A DNA stretch of 64,000 nt from Candidatus Daviesbacteria bacterium (GTDB taxonomy: Bacteria; Patescibacteriota; Microgenomatia; Daviesbacterales; UBA10151), in NCBI GenBank assembly GCA_016176405.1, contig JACOXG010000012.1, forward strand, positions 2,217 through 66,216. Direction: 5' to 3'. Under the pieces are notes generated by a model that had not been told where the DNA came from, ran no database searches, and saw only the letters and a list, made by a program, of their open reading frames with translations. Both the position numbers and the translations under genes were made by a program. Shown here piece by piece: positions 36,851-47,233 of this stretch. How positions within the stretch are numbered: the first letter of the stretch is position 1; every line of letters starts with the position of its first letter.

Positions 36851-39433
36851 TTAGTTACTATCACTTTGATCATGAGGAACAATAACTTCTTGGGTAGATA
36901 GCGAGGTATTTCCTGCTAAATCTGTAACTAATATTTTTATTATATATTTTCTTCCATCTTTATCCCCTCCTTTTCTTGATGCCTCTAACTGAATAATCTG
37001 ATTAATATTTGTTTGATTTAAAATTGTAACCTCAGGTTCTACTAAGTTATATTCATCATCAACAATAATTTTTGTTAAATATGGATTCTCATCATTAATA
37101 TTACCGGTTACATTAACATCAACCAGCTTCCCATTAGGTGGCCAGATAGTTTTAGGAGTTACATCAAATGAGATATCCGGAGGAGTATGGTCATAATTTG
37201 CATTTCCTTCTAAAATACTGAAATTATTTACATTAAAATCAATTATTCCATCTCCATTTTCATCAACCTCTATAATTGGTGATTGAGTTGATCCCGTATC
37301 AAAAGTTGTTTCTGCTTTTGTATCATTTGTTAAAGGCACCTCTTTATATAAAATAGTTTGAGTAATTTCATCATTTTCATATTTTCTAATTTTAAAATCA
37401 AAACTACCCTCTCCGGTTGCATTAAATTTAATAGTATAAACACCATCCTCTGGAAGAAAGGTAAATTTGGCATCATCTAAAGTATTATAAGAACTGCCAG
37501 GAATATTGGTTTCAAAATGTCCATCTTCTGTTGGCCCAGTATGATTACCACCTTCATCATATACATGAAGATTCACTGGTGAATGGACAGATAAAATATG
37601 GCCTCTCAATTTGCAGGGTTGATTGTAAGTTCCCTCAGGAAGTTGATTATTCCCATCCAAAATATTTTTAGTCAAATTTAAAGCCGGACCATCAGATACT
37701 AATCCACCATGCTCAGAATTCGCATAATATATTTTGGCATCGCCTAAAAGTGACAAGTTCTTGTGAGTATCAACAAGTGAAGCACTCAATAATGGTACAG
37801 TTCCATCTCCATTGATATTAATTTCATCTTTATAAATCCTATTGCCATTAAAACTACTAACAGTTTTTTCAACAATTTGACCTAAAGTTTCAATACCACA
37901 CCCTGCAATAACAGTAATATCCACCCCATTTGTACTTAAAAGAGAGTTATCCAAATTATGAAAGGTTTCACTAGGCATAAAAAGAGAAGTATTATGCCCG
38001 AAATTTGTAAGAAGACTTTTAATTTCACCATAATTTAAAGATCCTTTTTCAGTTCTGTAAGGATAGGGATGAAAGTTATCTTCATCTGAATAGAAATTAA
38101 AATATTCTTGGGATGGAGCTAATTCATAACCACCAATCATATTCTGAATAACATCCTTCACTTCAGAATTAGCTAGGCCAATACAGACTGGTAGGTTTTT
38201 GAATTCAGGTTTAGTAAAACATCCTCCATATCTCAAGAATTTTAAAAATTCTACTGCCCCTAAATGAGGAGTTCCTAAGGTGAATAATTTTCTGACATTT
38301 TGGGCTCTATCTATATCTGCTATATAATTTCTGGCAACTAGTCCTCCCATGGAATGAGAGACTATATCTACCTTTTCTGCTCCTGTTTGAGATTTTATTT
38401 CACTGATCTTTTGGTCTAAAAGAGAAGCTGTTAAAGAAATATCTTTTCTCCAGTCATATGGAAAGACGAATAAATCTTGGTTTAAGCTATAACCATTGGT
38501 AGTAAAAAAATCTATCATTGGCTGATATGCCCCCGCATATAAACTTCCAGTAGTTTCAATATTTGCTTCCGAATTTATTCCATCTGTTTTCATCCTTAAC
38601 ACATCAAAATAATCATCATCCCCCGGGTTTCCTGCTTCTCCTTCATTAACCCAAACTTTTTCGTCCTTTGCATATGCCCTGGTATATACTCCACCATGCC
38701 CATCCTCTTTGGACCAAAAAGTATCTTCTGCAACTTTAAACTCTGATCCACCTATTCCCGGAATTAAAATTAAGGGGGTTTTTAAAGATTTTACCCTAAC
38801 ATAATCCACATTAAATTTAGTCCAATCACCTGCAGGCACTGTTACATAATTACCCATCCAAATATATTTAACTTTAGTTTCAGTATCCTCTGAGGTAAAA
38901 ACTAAAACATCATCTAAATAAACCAAATATTTTAACCCCCTCCTATCTACTTTAAAGACATGACTATCTAAATTAATAGGGATAGTAAAAATAATTTGGC
39001 CAAAATATTCCAGCCTCATATTAGTTAAAAACAGGTCCTGCCAGACATTAATCCGAATCAGCTCCGGAGCAGTGGGGTCTTGGATGGGATCTTTATCAGT
39101 TAAAGCTATCCCCGTACCATAACCTGTGATTTGGGTATATTGAAATTTAATATCTGTTACCCAATCACCATTTGGAAAAACTTGACTGTTGGAAATGACA
39201 AAGGGGAATTTATCAGCAGTTACCTGAGATAGAATTAAATTTCCTCCAGTTTCTTGTATGGTAGTTATCCCAGAAGAATTATTTGGATAAACATTCCATT
39301 TATTAGTATCCAAAGTATTTGCCGCTCTTTCTTGATTAAATTCCTCCTGAAAATAGTATTCCTCTGCAAAGATAGGACTATTGAAAGATAGAAAAACTAT
39401 AGACCATGTAAGTGTAGAAATGATTAATCTCAT
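36851..39433 (-). CDS. large secreted multidomain protein with a class-2 lipase-like alpha/beta-hydrolase core (nucleophile elbow SHSMGG)
   Basis: Signal peptide MRLIISTLTWSIVFLSFNSPIFA. LILIPGIGGSEF...VDIVSHSMGGLVARNY...LGTPHLGA resembles the Bacillus LipA AHSMGG family. N-terminal lectin/jelly-roll-like domain and C-terminal Ig-like beta domains. Start placed at the internal Met (39433). The upstream Met at 39481 would abut the divergent gene. Confidence 0.55.
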   Translation of the reverse strand: MRLIISTLTWSIVFLSFNSPIFAEEYYFQEEFNQERAANTLDTNKWNVYPNNSSGITTIQETGGNLILSQVTADKFPFVISNSQVFPNGDWVTDIKFQYTQITGYGTGIALTDKDPIQDPTAPELIRINVWQDLFLTNMRLEYFGQIIFTIPINLDSHVFKVDRRGLKYLVYLDDVLVFTSEDTETKVKYIWMGNYVTVPAGDWTKFNVDYVRVKSLKTPLILIPGIGGSEFKVAEDTFWSKEDGHGGVYTRAYAKDEKVWVNEGEAGNPGDDDYFDVLRMKTDGINSEANIETTGSLYAGAYQPMIDFFTTNGYSLNQDLFVFPYDWRKDISLTASLLDQKISEIKSQTGAEKVDIVSHSMGGLVARNYIADIDRAQNVRKLFTLGTPHLGAVEFLKFLRYGGCFTKPEFKNLPVCIGLANSEVKDVIQNMIGGYELAPSQEYFNFYSDEDNFHPYPYRTEKGSLNYGEIKSLLTNFGHNTSLFMPSETFHNLDNSLLSTNGVDITVIAGCGIETLGQIVEKTVSSFNGNRIYKDEININGDGTVPLLSASLVDTHKNLSLLGDAKIYYANSEHGGLVSDGPALNLTKNILDGNNQLPEGTYNQPCKLRGHILSVHSPVNLHVYDEGGNHTGPTEDGHFETNIPGSSYNTLDDAKFTFLPEDGVYTIKFNATGEGSFDFKIRKYENDEITQTILYKEVPLTNDTKAETTFDTGSTQSPIIEVDENGDGIIDFNVNNFSILEGNANYDHTPPDISFDVTPKTIWPPNGKLVDVNVTGNINDENPYLTKIIVDDEYNLVEPEVTILNQTNINQIIQLEASRKGGDKDGRKYIIKILVTDLAGNTSLSTQEVIVPHDQSDSN

Positions 39434-39503
39434 AGTGATCACGTAAGTGCTTATATTAGAATGACATTTAGATAAAGTCAAGTTGATGTGTTACTATTTC
39501 CCT

Positions 39504-40484
39504 ATGGCTGTTATCTTAGTTAAAAATTTAAAAAAATATTACCGGGTTAATCAAAAAGAGCCAGGGCTCTGGGGATCAATCAAATCTTTAATTGCCAGAA
39601 AATATTACGATGTCAAAGCAGTTAATGGGATTTCTTTTGAAATTAAAGAGGGGGAACTGGTGGGTTTTATTGGACCAAATGGGGCTGGTAAAACTACCAC
39701 CTTAAAAGTTTTATCAGGACTTCTCTATCCCACATCAGGTAGTGTGAGAGTTTTAGGATATGAACCATTTAAGCGTCAAAGTATTCTTCAAAAACAATTT
39801 TCTCTAATTATGGGACAAAAAAATCAACTCTGGTGGGATTTACCGCCTTTGGAAAGTTTTCTACTTAATAAAGAAATCTATGAAATAGAAGATAGTCAGT
39901 TTAAAAAAAAAGTCAATGAACTTTCTGAAATGTTGGAAGTTTCGGATATTTTAAAAATCCAAGTGAGAAAATTATCTTTAGGACAAAGAATGAAATGTGA
40001 ATTGATTGCTGCTTTGCTTCACTCACCAAAGGTTTTATTTTTGGATGAACCAACCATTGGACTGGATGTGGTGGCTCAAAAAACTATGAGGGATTTTATC
40101 AAAGAATATAATAAAAAATTTAAGGCCACCATAATTTTGACTTCTCATTATATGGGTGATGTTAAAGAATTGTGTAAAAGAGTGATTATCATCAATCAGG
40201 GAAAGATTGTCTATGATGGACTTTTGGAAAAAATAGTTAACAGGTTTGCTCCTTTTAAAGTCATCAGTATTGATTTTGAAAAAATGGCAGAAAAAGAGGA
40301 ATTGGCAGAATTTGGTAAATTAGATGAGTTTGATGGGATTCATGCCAAGATTCAAGTTAATAAAGATGAAGTTCCTGATAAGACTTCCAGATTGCTGTCT
40401 AAGTTTGAGGTGGCAGATCTAACTATAGAAGATCCCTCGATTGAAAGTATTATTAGAGAAGTTTTTAGTAATGGGAGGGTGTGA
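39504..40484 (+). CDS. ABC transporter ATP-binding protein
   Basis: GPNGAGKTT (Walker A), LSLGQRMK (signature), LFLDEPTIGLD (Walker B), H-loop. Alternative start at 39483/39486. Confidence 0.88.
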   Translation: MAVILVKNLKKYYRVNQKEPGLWGSIKSLIARKYYDVKAVNGISFEIKEGELVGFIGPNGAGKTTTLKVLSGLLYPTSGSVRVLGYEPFKRQSILQKQFSLIMGQKNQLWWDLPPLESFLLNKEIYEIEDSQFKKKVNELSEMLEVSDILKIQVRKLSLGQRMKCELIAALLHSPKVLFLDEPTIGLDVVAQKTMRDFIKEYNKKFKATIILTSHYMGDVKELCKRVIIINQGKIVYDGLLEKIVNRFAPFKVISIDFEKMAEKEELAEFGKLDEFDGIHAKIQVNKDEVPDKTSRLLSKFEVADLTIEDPSIESIIREVFSNGRV

Positions 40485-40658
40485 TAATATTGTATCCATA
40501 CATAGGATTAATAGCTTATAACCGCTTCGCCAAAACCCCGCTTCTTTAGAGCGGGGATGAAGGCGAAGTAGGTTACACACTTTTGCGATTAATGAGCTGC
40601 GAAGCGGATGTAAACTTAAGATGAAAGAAAACCGCGGCTTTTCAAGCCGCGGAAGTTT

Positions 40659-40925
40659 ATGAGTAAACCAACCAGAGATAAAAATATTCAAATACCTGCT
40701 GACATTTTAAAAGATCTCTTGACTGTTTCAGAATGGCGCATGTTAAAAAATCGTTTCCAAATAATGAATCTTTTAGAGGAAGGGTTACCAATTAGGAAGG
40801 TGGCGGAAAAAGTCAGGGTGGGAACTGATACTGTAGTCAGAGTTGCCAGAATGGTCAAAACTTCTCCCAAAGTCAAAAGAATTAAAACTTCAACTCCCTG
40901 GATCTTTGGTAAATCCGATGAGTAG
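40659..40925 (+). CDS. YerC/YecD (TrpR-like) family HTH protein embedded in the ABC transporter operon
   Basis: LTVSEWRMLKNRFQIMNLLEEGLPIRKVAEKVRVGTDTVVRVARMV. Same family as the regulator at 4851-5300. Confidence 0.55.
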   Translation: MSKPTRDKNIQIPADILKDLLTVSEWRMLKNRFQIMNLLEEGLPIRKVAEKVRVGTDTVVRVARMVKTSPKVKRIKTSTPWIFGKSDE

Positions 40926-41715
40926 TAAATATTGGGCTGTTTTTAAAATTTCTTGGGAAAATGGTTTGGTCTATAGATTAAATTTTACTCTTTGGAGGGT
41001 CAGATCAGTACTTCAACTTTTATTGGTTTATTTTATCTGGTGGACAGTGTTTCAAACTCAGGATCAGATTTTTAACTATACTAAAGTTTCTATTTTAACT
41101 TATGTGATGGTGGCTTCTTTAATTAGGGCCATTATCTTATCATCAAGAGCAGTTGACGTTTCAGCTCAAATCAATGATGGTTCAATTGTTAACTTTCTGG
41201 TTAAACCGTTAGGCTTTATTAAATATTATTTTGCTAGAGATTTAGCTGATAAATTACTCAATATTTCTTTTGTAATTTTTGAGATCATACTACTGGTTAT
41301 AATTCTCAAACCACCCCTACTCATACAGCAAAATTTTGAAATTTTGCTATTCTTTACTTTAGCAACTATCTTAGGTTTATTTTTATATTTTGCCATGGCT
41401 TTTTGTATTGGCATGCTGGCCTTTTGGGTGGAGAATGCCTGGGGTCCGCTATTTTTGGTGACGATCATTTTAGAGGGATTTGGTGGGGGACTTTTTCCAA
41501 TCGATATTTTACCCAAAAATATTTATGATTATGTCATGTTGACTCCCTTCCCCTATTTAATTTATTTTCCCGCTAAATTATATTTGGGAAACTTACCTAC
41601 CATGGAAATTTTTAAAGGTTTCATCATTTTAATTAGTTGGGTTTTTATTGGTTGGTATTTAATGATGGCCATATTACAGCAAGGATTAAAAAGGTATACA
41701 GCCTTTGGGTATTAG
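40918..41715 (+). CDS. ABC-2 type transporter permease
   Basis: Six hydrophobic helices. The start overlaps the stop of the HTH gene (gATGagTAG). Confidence 0.7.
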   Translation: MSSKYWAVFKISWENGLVYRLNFTLWRVRSVLQLLLVYFIWWTVFQTQDQIFNYTKVSILTYVMVASLIRAIILSSRAVDVSAQINDGSIVNFLVKPLGFIKYYFARDLADKLLNISFVIFEIILLVIILKPPLLIQQNFEILLFFTLATILGLFLYFAMAFCIGMLAFWVENAWGPLFLVTIILEGFGGGLFPIDILPKNIYDYVMLTPFPYLIYFPAKLYLGNLPTMEIFKGFIILISWVFIGWYLMMAILQQGLKRYTAFGY

Positions 41716-41717
41716 AA

Positions 41718-42500
41718 ATGAAAAAATATTTTTTAGTCTGGTTAAAATTTGCCATCTTAGGTTTTCAAACTCAACTAGCTTTGCCTTCTGCCCTATTTAT
41801 TTTTCTTTTGGGAAAATTGTTAAGATTTTCAGTTTTCACCTTTTTTATAATTATTTTGGTTGATAAAACAAAGGCTCTAGCAGGCTATAATTTGGATCAA
41901 ACAATTTTTTTCTTTTTAAGTTTTAATTTAATAGATACTGTTTCTCAGCTTTTATTTAGAGAGGTTTATCGTTTTAGACAGGCCGTGGTCTTGGGAAATT
42001 TTGACTTTTACTTAATTAAACCAATCCATCCACTTTTTAGGGCTTTGATGGGAGGACCTGATTTAATTGATTTTATAACATTAATTCCTTTAGTTTTGGC
42101 AACTATTGTTTTCATGAATCGTCTCGAAATAAATAATTTGTTGAGTATCATGATTTATATTTTGCTTTTGATATCTGGCTTTATTATTGCCCTAGCATTT
42201 CATATCTTGGTTTTAGCACTAGCTGTTATCACCACAGAAATTGATCATGCTATTATGATGTATCGAGATGTGGTAGGAATGGGAAGATTTCCAATCGATA
42301 TTTATAGAGAACCCTTAAGGGGGTTTTTAACTTTTATTATTCCGGTTGGGATCATGATGAGTTTTCCTACAAAAGCCATCTTGGGTTTATTGTCTTGGCA
42401 GGCCATTGTTTATGCTTTGATTTTTTCTCTAATAATGCTCTATTTATCATTTAAAGTTTGGGATTATTCATTAAAACAATATTCATCTGCCTCTTCTTAA
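41718..42500 (+). CDS. ABC-2 type transporter permease (second subunit)
   Basis: Polytopic. The ATG lies 2 nt after the previous stop. The track start at 41637 overlaps the upstream permease. Confidence 0.7.
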   Translation: MKKYFLVWLKFAILGFQTQLALPSALFIFLLGKLLRFSVFTFFIIILVDKTKALAGYNLDQTIFFFLSFNLIDTVSQLLFREVYRFRQAVVLGNFDFYLIKPIHPLFRALMGGPDLIDFITLIPLVLATIVFMNRLEINNLLSIMIYILLLISGFIIALAFHILVLALAVITTEIDHAIMMYRDVVGMGRFPIDIYREPLRGFLTFIIPVGIMMSFPTKAILGLLSWQAIVYALIFSLIMLYLSFKVWDYSLKQYSSASS

Positions 42501-43708
42501 AAAGGATTTTTGGTAAAATTCGTTGCAAAGAAAAGATTGACAAATTGTTTAGGGATATGGATGGCAGTTAAGAATGGAAAAATAAAAATAAAACTTAGGA
42601 TAATTAAGATCACTAATGCTATGGCCAACTTTTTGGTTTGTCGATCTGACAAAGCTTTACTTAGCTGATAACCTAGGGAGAGTGCCAAAAAAGGGATCGA
42701 GGGAGCATAGTGGTATAAAAACATAATTCTGGGGGAGATAGACCAAGGCAGCCAAAAAATTAAAAATCCCAAAACAATAATGGTTAAATTTCCAGCCCTT
42801 TTCTTAGCTGCCTCCCAAAAAGTTAATAACAAACTGGCTGCTCCCATCCAAAAAAGTGCTGGATTTCCTGAAGCGAAAATGTTGGCTATGGTGTTTTCTC
42901 CATAATCAACGAAATACCAAACAGGTTTTAAATTAATAGGCCAAGACCACCAAGCTGAAGTATAATCATGAGTGGCTTTAAGTCCGGTATGATACCACCA
43001 CATTTGTTGTTGCACTTCAATAAATTGCAAGGGAGTATGACCCAATAAGAAAAATGGGATATAAGTTAACAAATAAATTATGGGTGCAACAATTACAAAA
43101 AAAGACAGTTTGATCAGTTGCTTATCTTTAAAGAGTAATACGGCATACATAGCAATTAGATAGATGGCTGCCCATTTACTAGAAATAGATAATCCAAAAA
43201 AAATTGCTGATATAAAAAATTTTTTATTTAAGAAAAATAATAGGCTTAACAGCATAAAAGTTATAAAATAAATATCATTCATGCCTATTCTTGATTGAAC
43301 AAAATTTAAGCCATCTAGAGAAAAAATAAAGCTACTTAGAAGTGAGATAAGTTGATTGTTAAAAAGCTTCATCCCAATAAGATAAATTAGATAAATTGAT
43401 AAAACCCCCAATAGAGCTCCGGGTAATCTCCAAGCCCAACCATCTTCTGAGCGAAATGTAAACATAGAAGAAGCCATGATCTCTTTAGCCAAGGGAGGGT
43501 GAGTCCATTCATAAGCTACTCCAGGTGGAGGAGTGGTCCAATATTCCCAAGCCTCTTTTGATCCATGAAGATATTCTTTGGCAGTGAAAGCATGATAAAC
43601 TTCATCGAAGATAAATTTGTTTGGGTAATCAATACGAAAAAGCCTTAGAAATAAAGCGAGAACCAAGATAGTAATTAATAGATATGTTGGTTTAATTTTT
43701 AGAGACAT
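42497..43708 (-). CDS. GT-C fold glycosyltransferase, PMT/GT39-like (dolichyl-phosphate-mannose protein mannosyltransferase family)
   Basis: N-terminal loop FDEVYHAFTA (DE motif of PMT/ArnT-type GT-C enzymes). About 11 TM helices. Confidence 0.65.
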   Translation of the reverse strand: MSLKIKPTYLLITILVLALFLRLFRIDYPNKFIFDEVYHAFTAKEYLHGSKEAWEYWTTPPPGVAYEWTHPPLAKEIMASSMFTFRSEDGWAWRLPGALLGVLSIYLIYLIGMKLFNNQLISLLSSFIFSLDGLNFVQSRIGMNDIYFITFMLLSLLFFLNKKFFISAIFFGLSISSKWAAIYLIAMYAVLLFKDKQLIKLSFFVIVAPIIYLLTYIPFFLLGHTPLQFIEVQQQMWWYHTGLKATHDYTSAWWSWPINLKPVWYFVDYGENTIANIFASGNPALFWMGAASLLLTFWEAAKKRAGNLTIIVLGFLIFWLPWSISPRIMFLYHYAPSIPFLALSLGYQLSKALSDRQTKKLAIALVILIILSFIFIFPFLTAIHIPKQFVNLFFATNFTKNPF

Positions 43709-44930
43709 CTTTATTCTTAATAATATAAAAAGTGATTATAACAAACAAAATGGTTGAAATAAGAGAGAGAATTTTGGTTTGAGCCTCTAATAGACTATAA
43801 AGAATTGCATTATATAAAATTTTTGCTGAATTTAAATAAAGCTCATTATAGTAAACATAGACGTGATAAAGATTTAAAAGATGAATAAGGTTTAAAACGA
43901 TCAAAGCTACTAAAAATATTTTGGATTTTATTTGTGGCAAACATAAAATGAGAAAAATTAAGGCGGGATATAGATATCTTTCATGAACACGGGTTGGTAA
44001 AAAGAAAAAACTTAAGGTAGCCAAAGCTGCCAGAGAATAAATAGATAATCCTTTATGCGTAAATAATACAATTAGCCAAAAAATTCCCAGTAAAATTAAA
44101 CCAAAGCTTTGGTATGAGAATGAAAACCATTGATCGCTATCGGAAATCCAAAACCCTACTATCCCCCAAAGATTATAAGCAAAAGCTGAAGTATAAGAAT
44201 AATCACTGATCATTTTTAAAATTAATTCCAAAATTCCCCTGATAGGAGTACTAACAAAAAAGGGCAAGGATAATAAAAAGACTATTAGGATAGTTGGTAA
44301 ACTAAGTTTTAGAAGATTAGTCACTGAAAATTTTTTTATTAAAATTAATACCACAACAGGTAAAATAGCGATTGCTTGAGGCTTTATTAAGAATGCTAAT
44401 CCCAAAAATATTGAAGATAAAATTGATCTCTTTTTATTTAAATAATAAATTGTCAATAACATAAATAAAGTTAATAAGCCGTCTATCTGTCCCCAGACAG
44501 CACTATTAAAAATAAAAGCGGGATTTAGTAACACTAAAGCGGCTGAAAATCTGGCTGTAAATATCGAATAATTTTTTCGCACTAAGCAGTAAATAAAGTA
44601 CCCAAGAATTATTTCGGAGAAAATTGCAGGGAGCTTTAGAATTAGATAGAAAATTTGATCAGGAAATTTAAGAAGGTTTTTTAGAAATCCTAAGATTTTT
44701 AAAATATATAAATATCCAGGAGTATAATTTGTCCATATTTGATCAGAGTAAAATTGAGAAAGTCCAACTTCATTTAACCTAATGGCCCAGGCAAACCAAG
44801 TGCCAATATCAAATTTAAAGCCAGGTAAAAAGGATAGATAGATACGGATAAAAAAACCTAGTAAAATTATAATTAAGAAAATGTTATCCAAATTAGTAAT
44901 TCCCTTTTTGATTTTTTCAATTACTTGCAT
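43692..44930 (-). CDS. GT-C fold membrane glycosyltransferase-like protein
   Basis: 412 aa, polytopic. FKFDIGTWFAWAIRLNE periplasmic loop. No closer family call possible. Confidence 0.5.
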   Translation of the reverse strand: MQVIEKIKKGITNLDNIFLIIILLGFFIRIYLSFLPGFKFDIGTWFAWAIRLNEVGLSQFYSDQIWTNYTPGYLYILKILGFLKNLLKFPDQIFYLILKLPAIFSEIILGYFIYCLVRKNYSIFTARFSAALVLLNPAFIFNSAVWGQIDGLLTLFMLLTIYYLNKKRSILSSIFLGLAFLIKPQAIAILPVVVLILIKKFSVTNLLKLSLPTILIVFLLSLPFFVSTPIRGILELILKMISDYSYTSAFAYNLWGIVGFWISDSDQWFSFSYQSFGLILLGIFWLIVLFTHKGLSIYSLAALATLSFFFLPTRVHERYLYPALIFLILCLPQIKSKIFLVALIVLNLIHLLNLYHVYVYYNELYLNSAKILYNAILYSLLEAQTKILSLISTILFVIITFYIIKNKDVSKN

Positions 44931-46047
44931 AGTTTATTTTTTGTCTTCACCAGGAGAGACTCACTATAACTATTTTACTAGATTATCAGATAGCATGGTT
45001 AAGGGAAGATTATATCTTACTGAAAACCCTCCTCATCTGAATGAATTAATACCAATTGGGGATAAGTATTTTGTAGTCTATCCGCCAATGCCCGCCATAT
45101 TAATGATCCCATTGGCTGCTATTTTGGATAATAATCAATTTCAAACTAGAGTCTCAATAATATTGGGGGCGCTTAATGGAGTTTTGGTATATTTACTTTT
45201 TTTAAAAATGGGTTTTTCTCAAAAAATTTCGATACTTATTACTATATTGTTTGCCTTTGGTACAAACCACTGGTATTTAGCATCTGTTGGATCAGCTTGG
45301 TTTATAGCTCACATAGTAGCTATTTTTTTTATGCTACTAGCTTTGCTGGAAACATTTGGTAAACAAAGATTATTTCTGATTGGATTTTTAATAGGTTGTG
45401 CATTTTGGGCTAGAAGTACTACCATTTTTACATTGCCATTTTTTTATATCATTTTGGGGAAACAGCTTTGGCCAATCAGTAAAAAAAATGTTTTAAAGTT
45501 TGTCTTATTAAATATGGGGATTGGGATTTGGATTCTAATAGATATTTGGTATAACTTTGTAAGATTTGGTAGCCTAAATCCCTTAATACCTTATCATTTG
45601 ATTCCTAATATAGATAGGGACCTTGTTTTTAAGGATGGATTTATGAGTATTAAATTTATCCCAAGACACATCGAGGCAGCATTTTTAAAGTTACCAATCT
45701 TTTCAGATCGCTTTCCTTATATTTTACCCTCCCTTTATAGCTTGGCTATTTGGTTTACTACGCCAGCCATATTTTATATTTTTAAAGCCAAAAAATCCTT
45801 ATTAGTCTTGGCATCATGGGCAGCCATTTCAACTACTTTTTTTGTCATCATGTTATGGGCAGGTGTTGGATACTCCCAGTATGGTTATAGATTTGTCCAG
45901 GATTTTATACCTTTTATATTAATCTTAATATCAATCGGAATTGGATCTAAACCTAATATAATGGCTTATTTATTAATAATTTTAAGTATTATTGTTAATT
46001 TATGGGGGATAGTGATGATTAATAAATTAAATACTTGGGTGATTTAA
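44881..46047 (+). CDS. GT-C fold membrane glycosyltransferase-like protein (paralog of 46056-47231)
   Basis: 388 aa, polytopic. GDKYFVVYPPMPAILMIPLAAI resembles DGKYFWPQGPFPSLILIPFQLIYG of the neighbouring gene. Confidence 0.5.
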   Translation: MLSKLVIPFLIFSITCIVYFLSSPGETHYNYFTRLSDSMVKGRLYLTENPPHLNELIPIGDKYFVVYPPMPAILMIPLAAILDNNQFQTRVSIILGALNGVLVYLLFLKMGFSQKISILITILFAFGTNHWYLASVGSAWFIAHIVAIFFMLLALLETFGKQRLFLIGFLIGCAFWARSTTIFTLPFFYIILGKQLWPISKKNVLKFVLLNMGIGIWILIDIWYNFVRFGSLNPLIPYHLIPNIDRDLVFKDGFMSIKFIPRHIEAAFLKLPIFSDRFPYILPSLYSLAIWFTTPAIFYIFKAKKSLLVLASWAAISTTFFVIMLWAGVGYSQYGYRFVQDFIPFILILISIGIGSKPNIMAYLLIILSIIVNLWGIVMINKLNTWVI

Positions 46048-46055
46048 AGCAATCC

Positions 46056-47231
46056 TTAATTTTTAAAGGTAAAAAATTTCCCTATTAATAAATATATATT
46101 CAGAAGAGAGCTTAAAATAATAAATATGATTTGATTTTGAGTGAGTCTCGGAGCCTTTAAACTCACCAAGAGCAACAAATACAGTATTGGCATCACATCG
46201 GATAAAAAACGGGGACCGAATTGGACCCAACCATTACTATAATAAGAGAGCAGAATTAACAGAGTCAGTAAAATTACTAACCAATAAAGTCTGATTATTA
46301 TTTTTTGGCTTTTAAGACTTTTAAATGCATATAAGAAAAAGGGAGCCACAATAAAAAAACTTAGGCCATATGGACTATATGTTAAAAAAGGATAAACTAA
46401 ATGGGTTGAATATCCTATGACCGGTTGTACAGAAATAAGAAAATAGTAATAAAAGTTAGAGGGGATATGTTGAATACTAAATACTCCGATATTTCTTAAT
46501 CCCGCTAAATAATCACCAACATTATTTGTAGCATAGCCGTTATCAAAAGGATTTTGAAAGCGGACCTGATTAAATATTAACAGTAAAAAAATTGACAAAA
46601 GTATGGGGTTTATAAAAAGTGTGATATTCATAAATCTGGAAGTATTATTATTTTTGGAATAGAAATAATAAATTATGGGTATAAAAATTAGACTGGCAGA
46701 AATTCTGGTGGCTATAATTGCCGCGAGTAATAATCCTAAAAATAGTGGTCTTTTTTTGCTTTCAAACTCCAGCAAAAGGGCAGTTAATAAAACCATGGTG
46801 ACAACATGAGCAAAATAGGAATAACAAGGTTCTACGATGATGCGGACTATTTGTGAGGCAAATAAAAAGACATATGTTAAAAAAATTGCACTTGATGGTT
46901 CAAAATTCTTTAGCCGAGCTAATTGATATAACAGTAGGCTAAGTATTATTACTAAAATTGGTTGCATGACAAATTGATCAAAATTAGGACCATAAATAAG
47001 CTGGAAAGGAATTAAAATAAGGGAGGGGAATGGTCCCTGGGGCCAAAAATATTTACCATCTTTATAAACTGTATCCCAATATGCTGAGATATCTAATTTG
47101 CCACCTATAAAGCTTTGAGCTTGTTGGGAAAATTGTTGACAATAATTTGAGGGCATATGAATATAGATTAAAATGGATAAAAAAATTACAGCCATGGGGA
47201 CAAATATTTTAAAAATCTTTAAAGAAATCAT
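46056..47231 (-). CDS. GT-C fold membrane glycosyltransferase-like protein
   Basis: 391 aa, polytopic. Paralogous to 44881-46047. Confidence 0.5.
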   Translation of the reverse strand: MISLKIFKIFVPMAVIFLSILIYIHMPSNYCQQFSQQAQSFIGGKLDISAYWDTVYKDGKYFWPQGPFPSLILIPFQLIYGPNFDQFVMQPILVIILSLLLYQLARLKNFEPSSAIFLTYVFLFASQIVRIIVEPCYSYFAHVVTMVLLTALLLEFESKKRPLFLGLLLAAIIATRISASLIFIPIIYYFYSKNNNTSRFMNITLFINPILLSIFLLLIFNQVRFQNPFDNGYATNNVGDYLAGLRNIGVFSIQHIPSNFYYYFLISVQPVIGYSTHLVYPFLTYSPYGLSFFIVAPFFLYAFKSLKSQKIIIRLYWLVILLTLLILLSYYSNGWVQFGPRFLSDVMPILYLLLLVSLKAPRLTQNQIIFIILSSLLNIYLLIGKFFTFKN

Positions 47232-47233
47232 GA

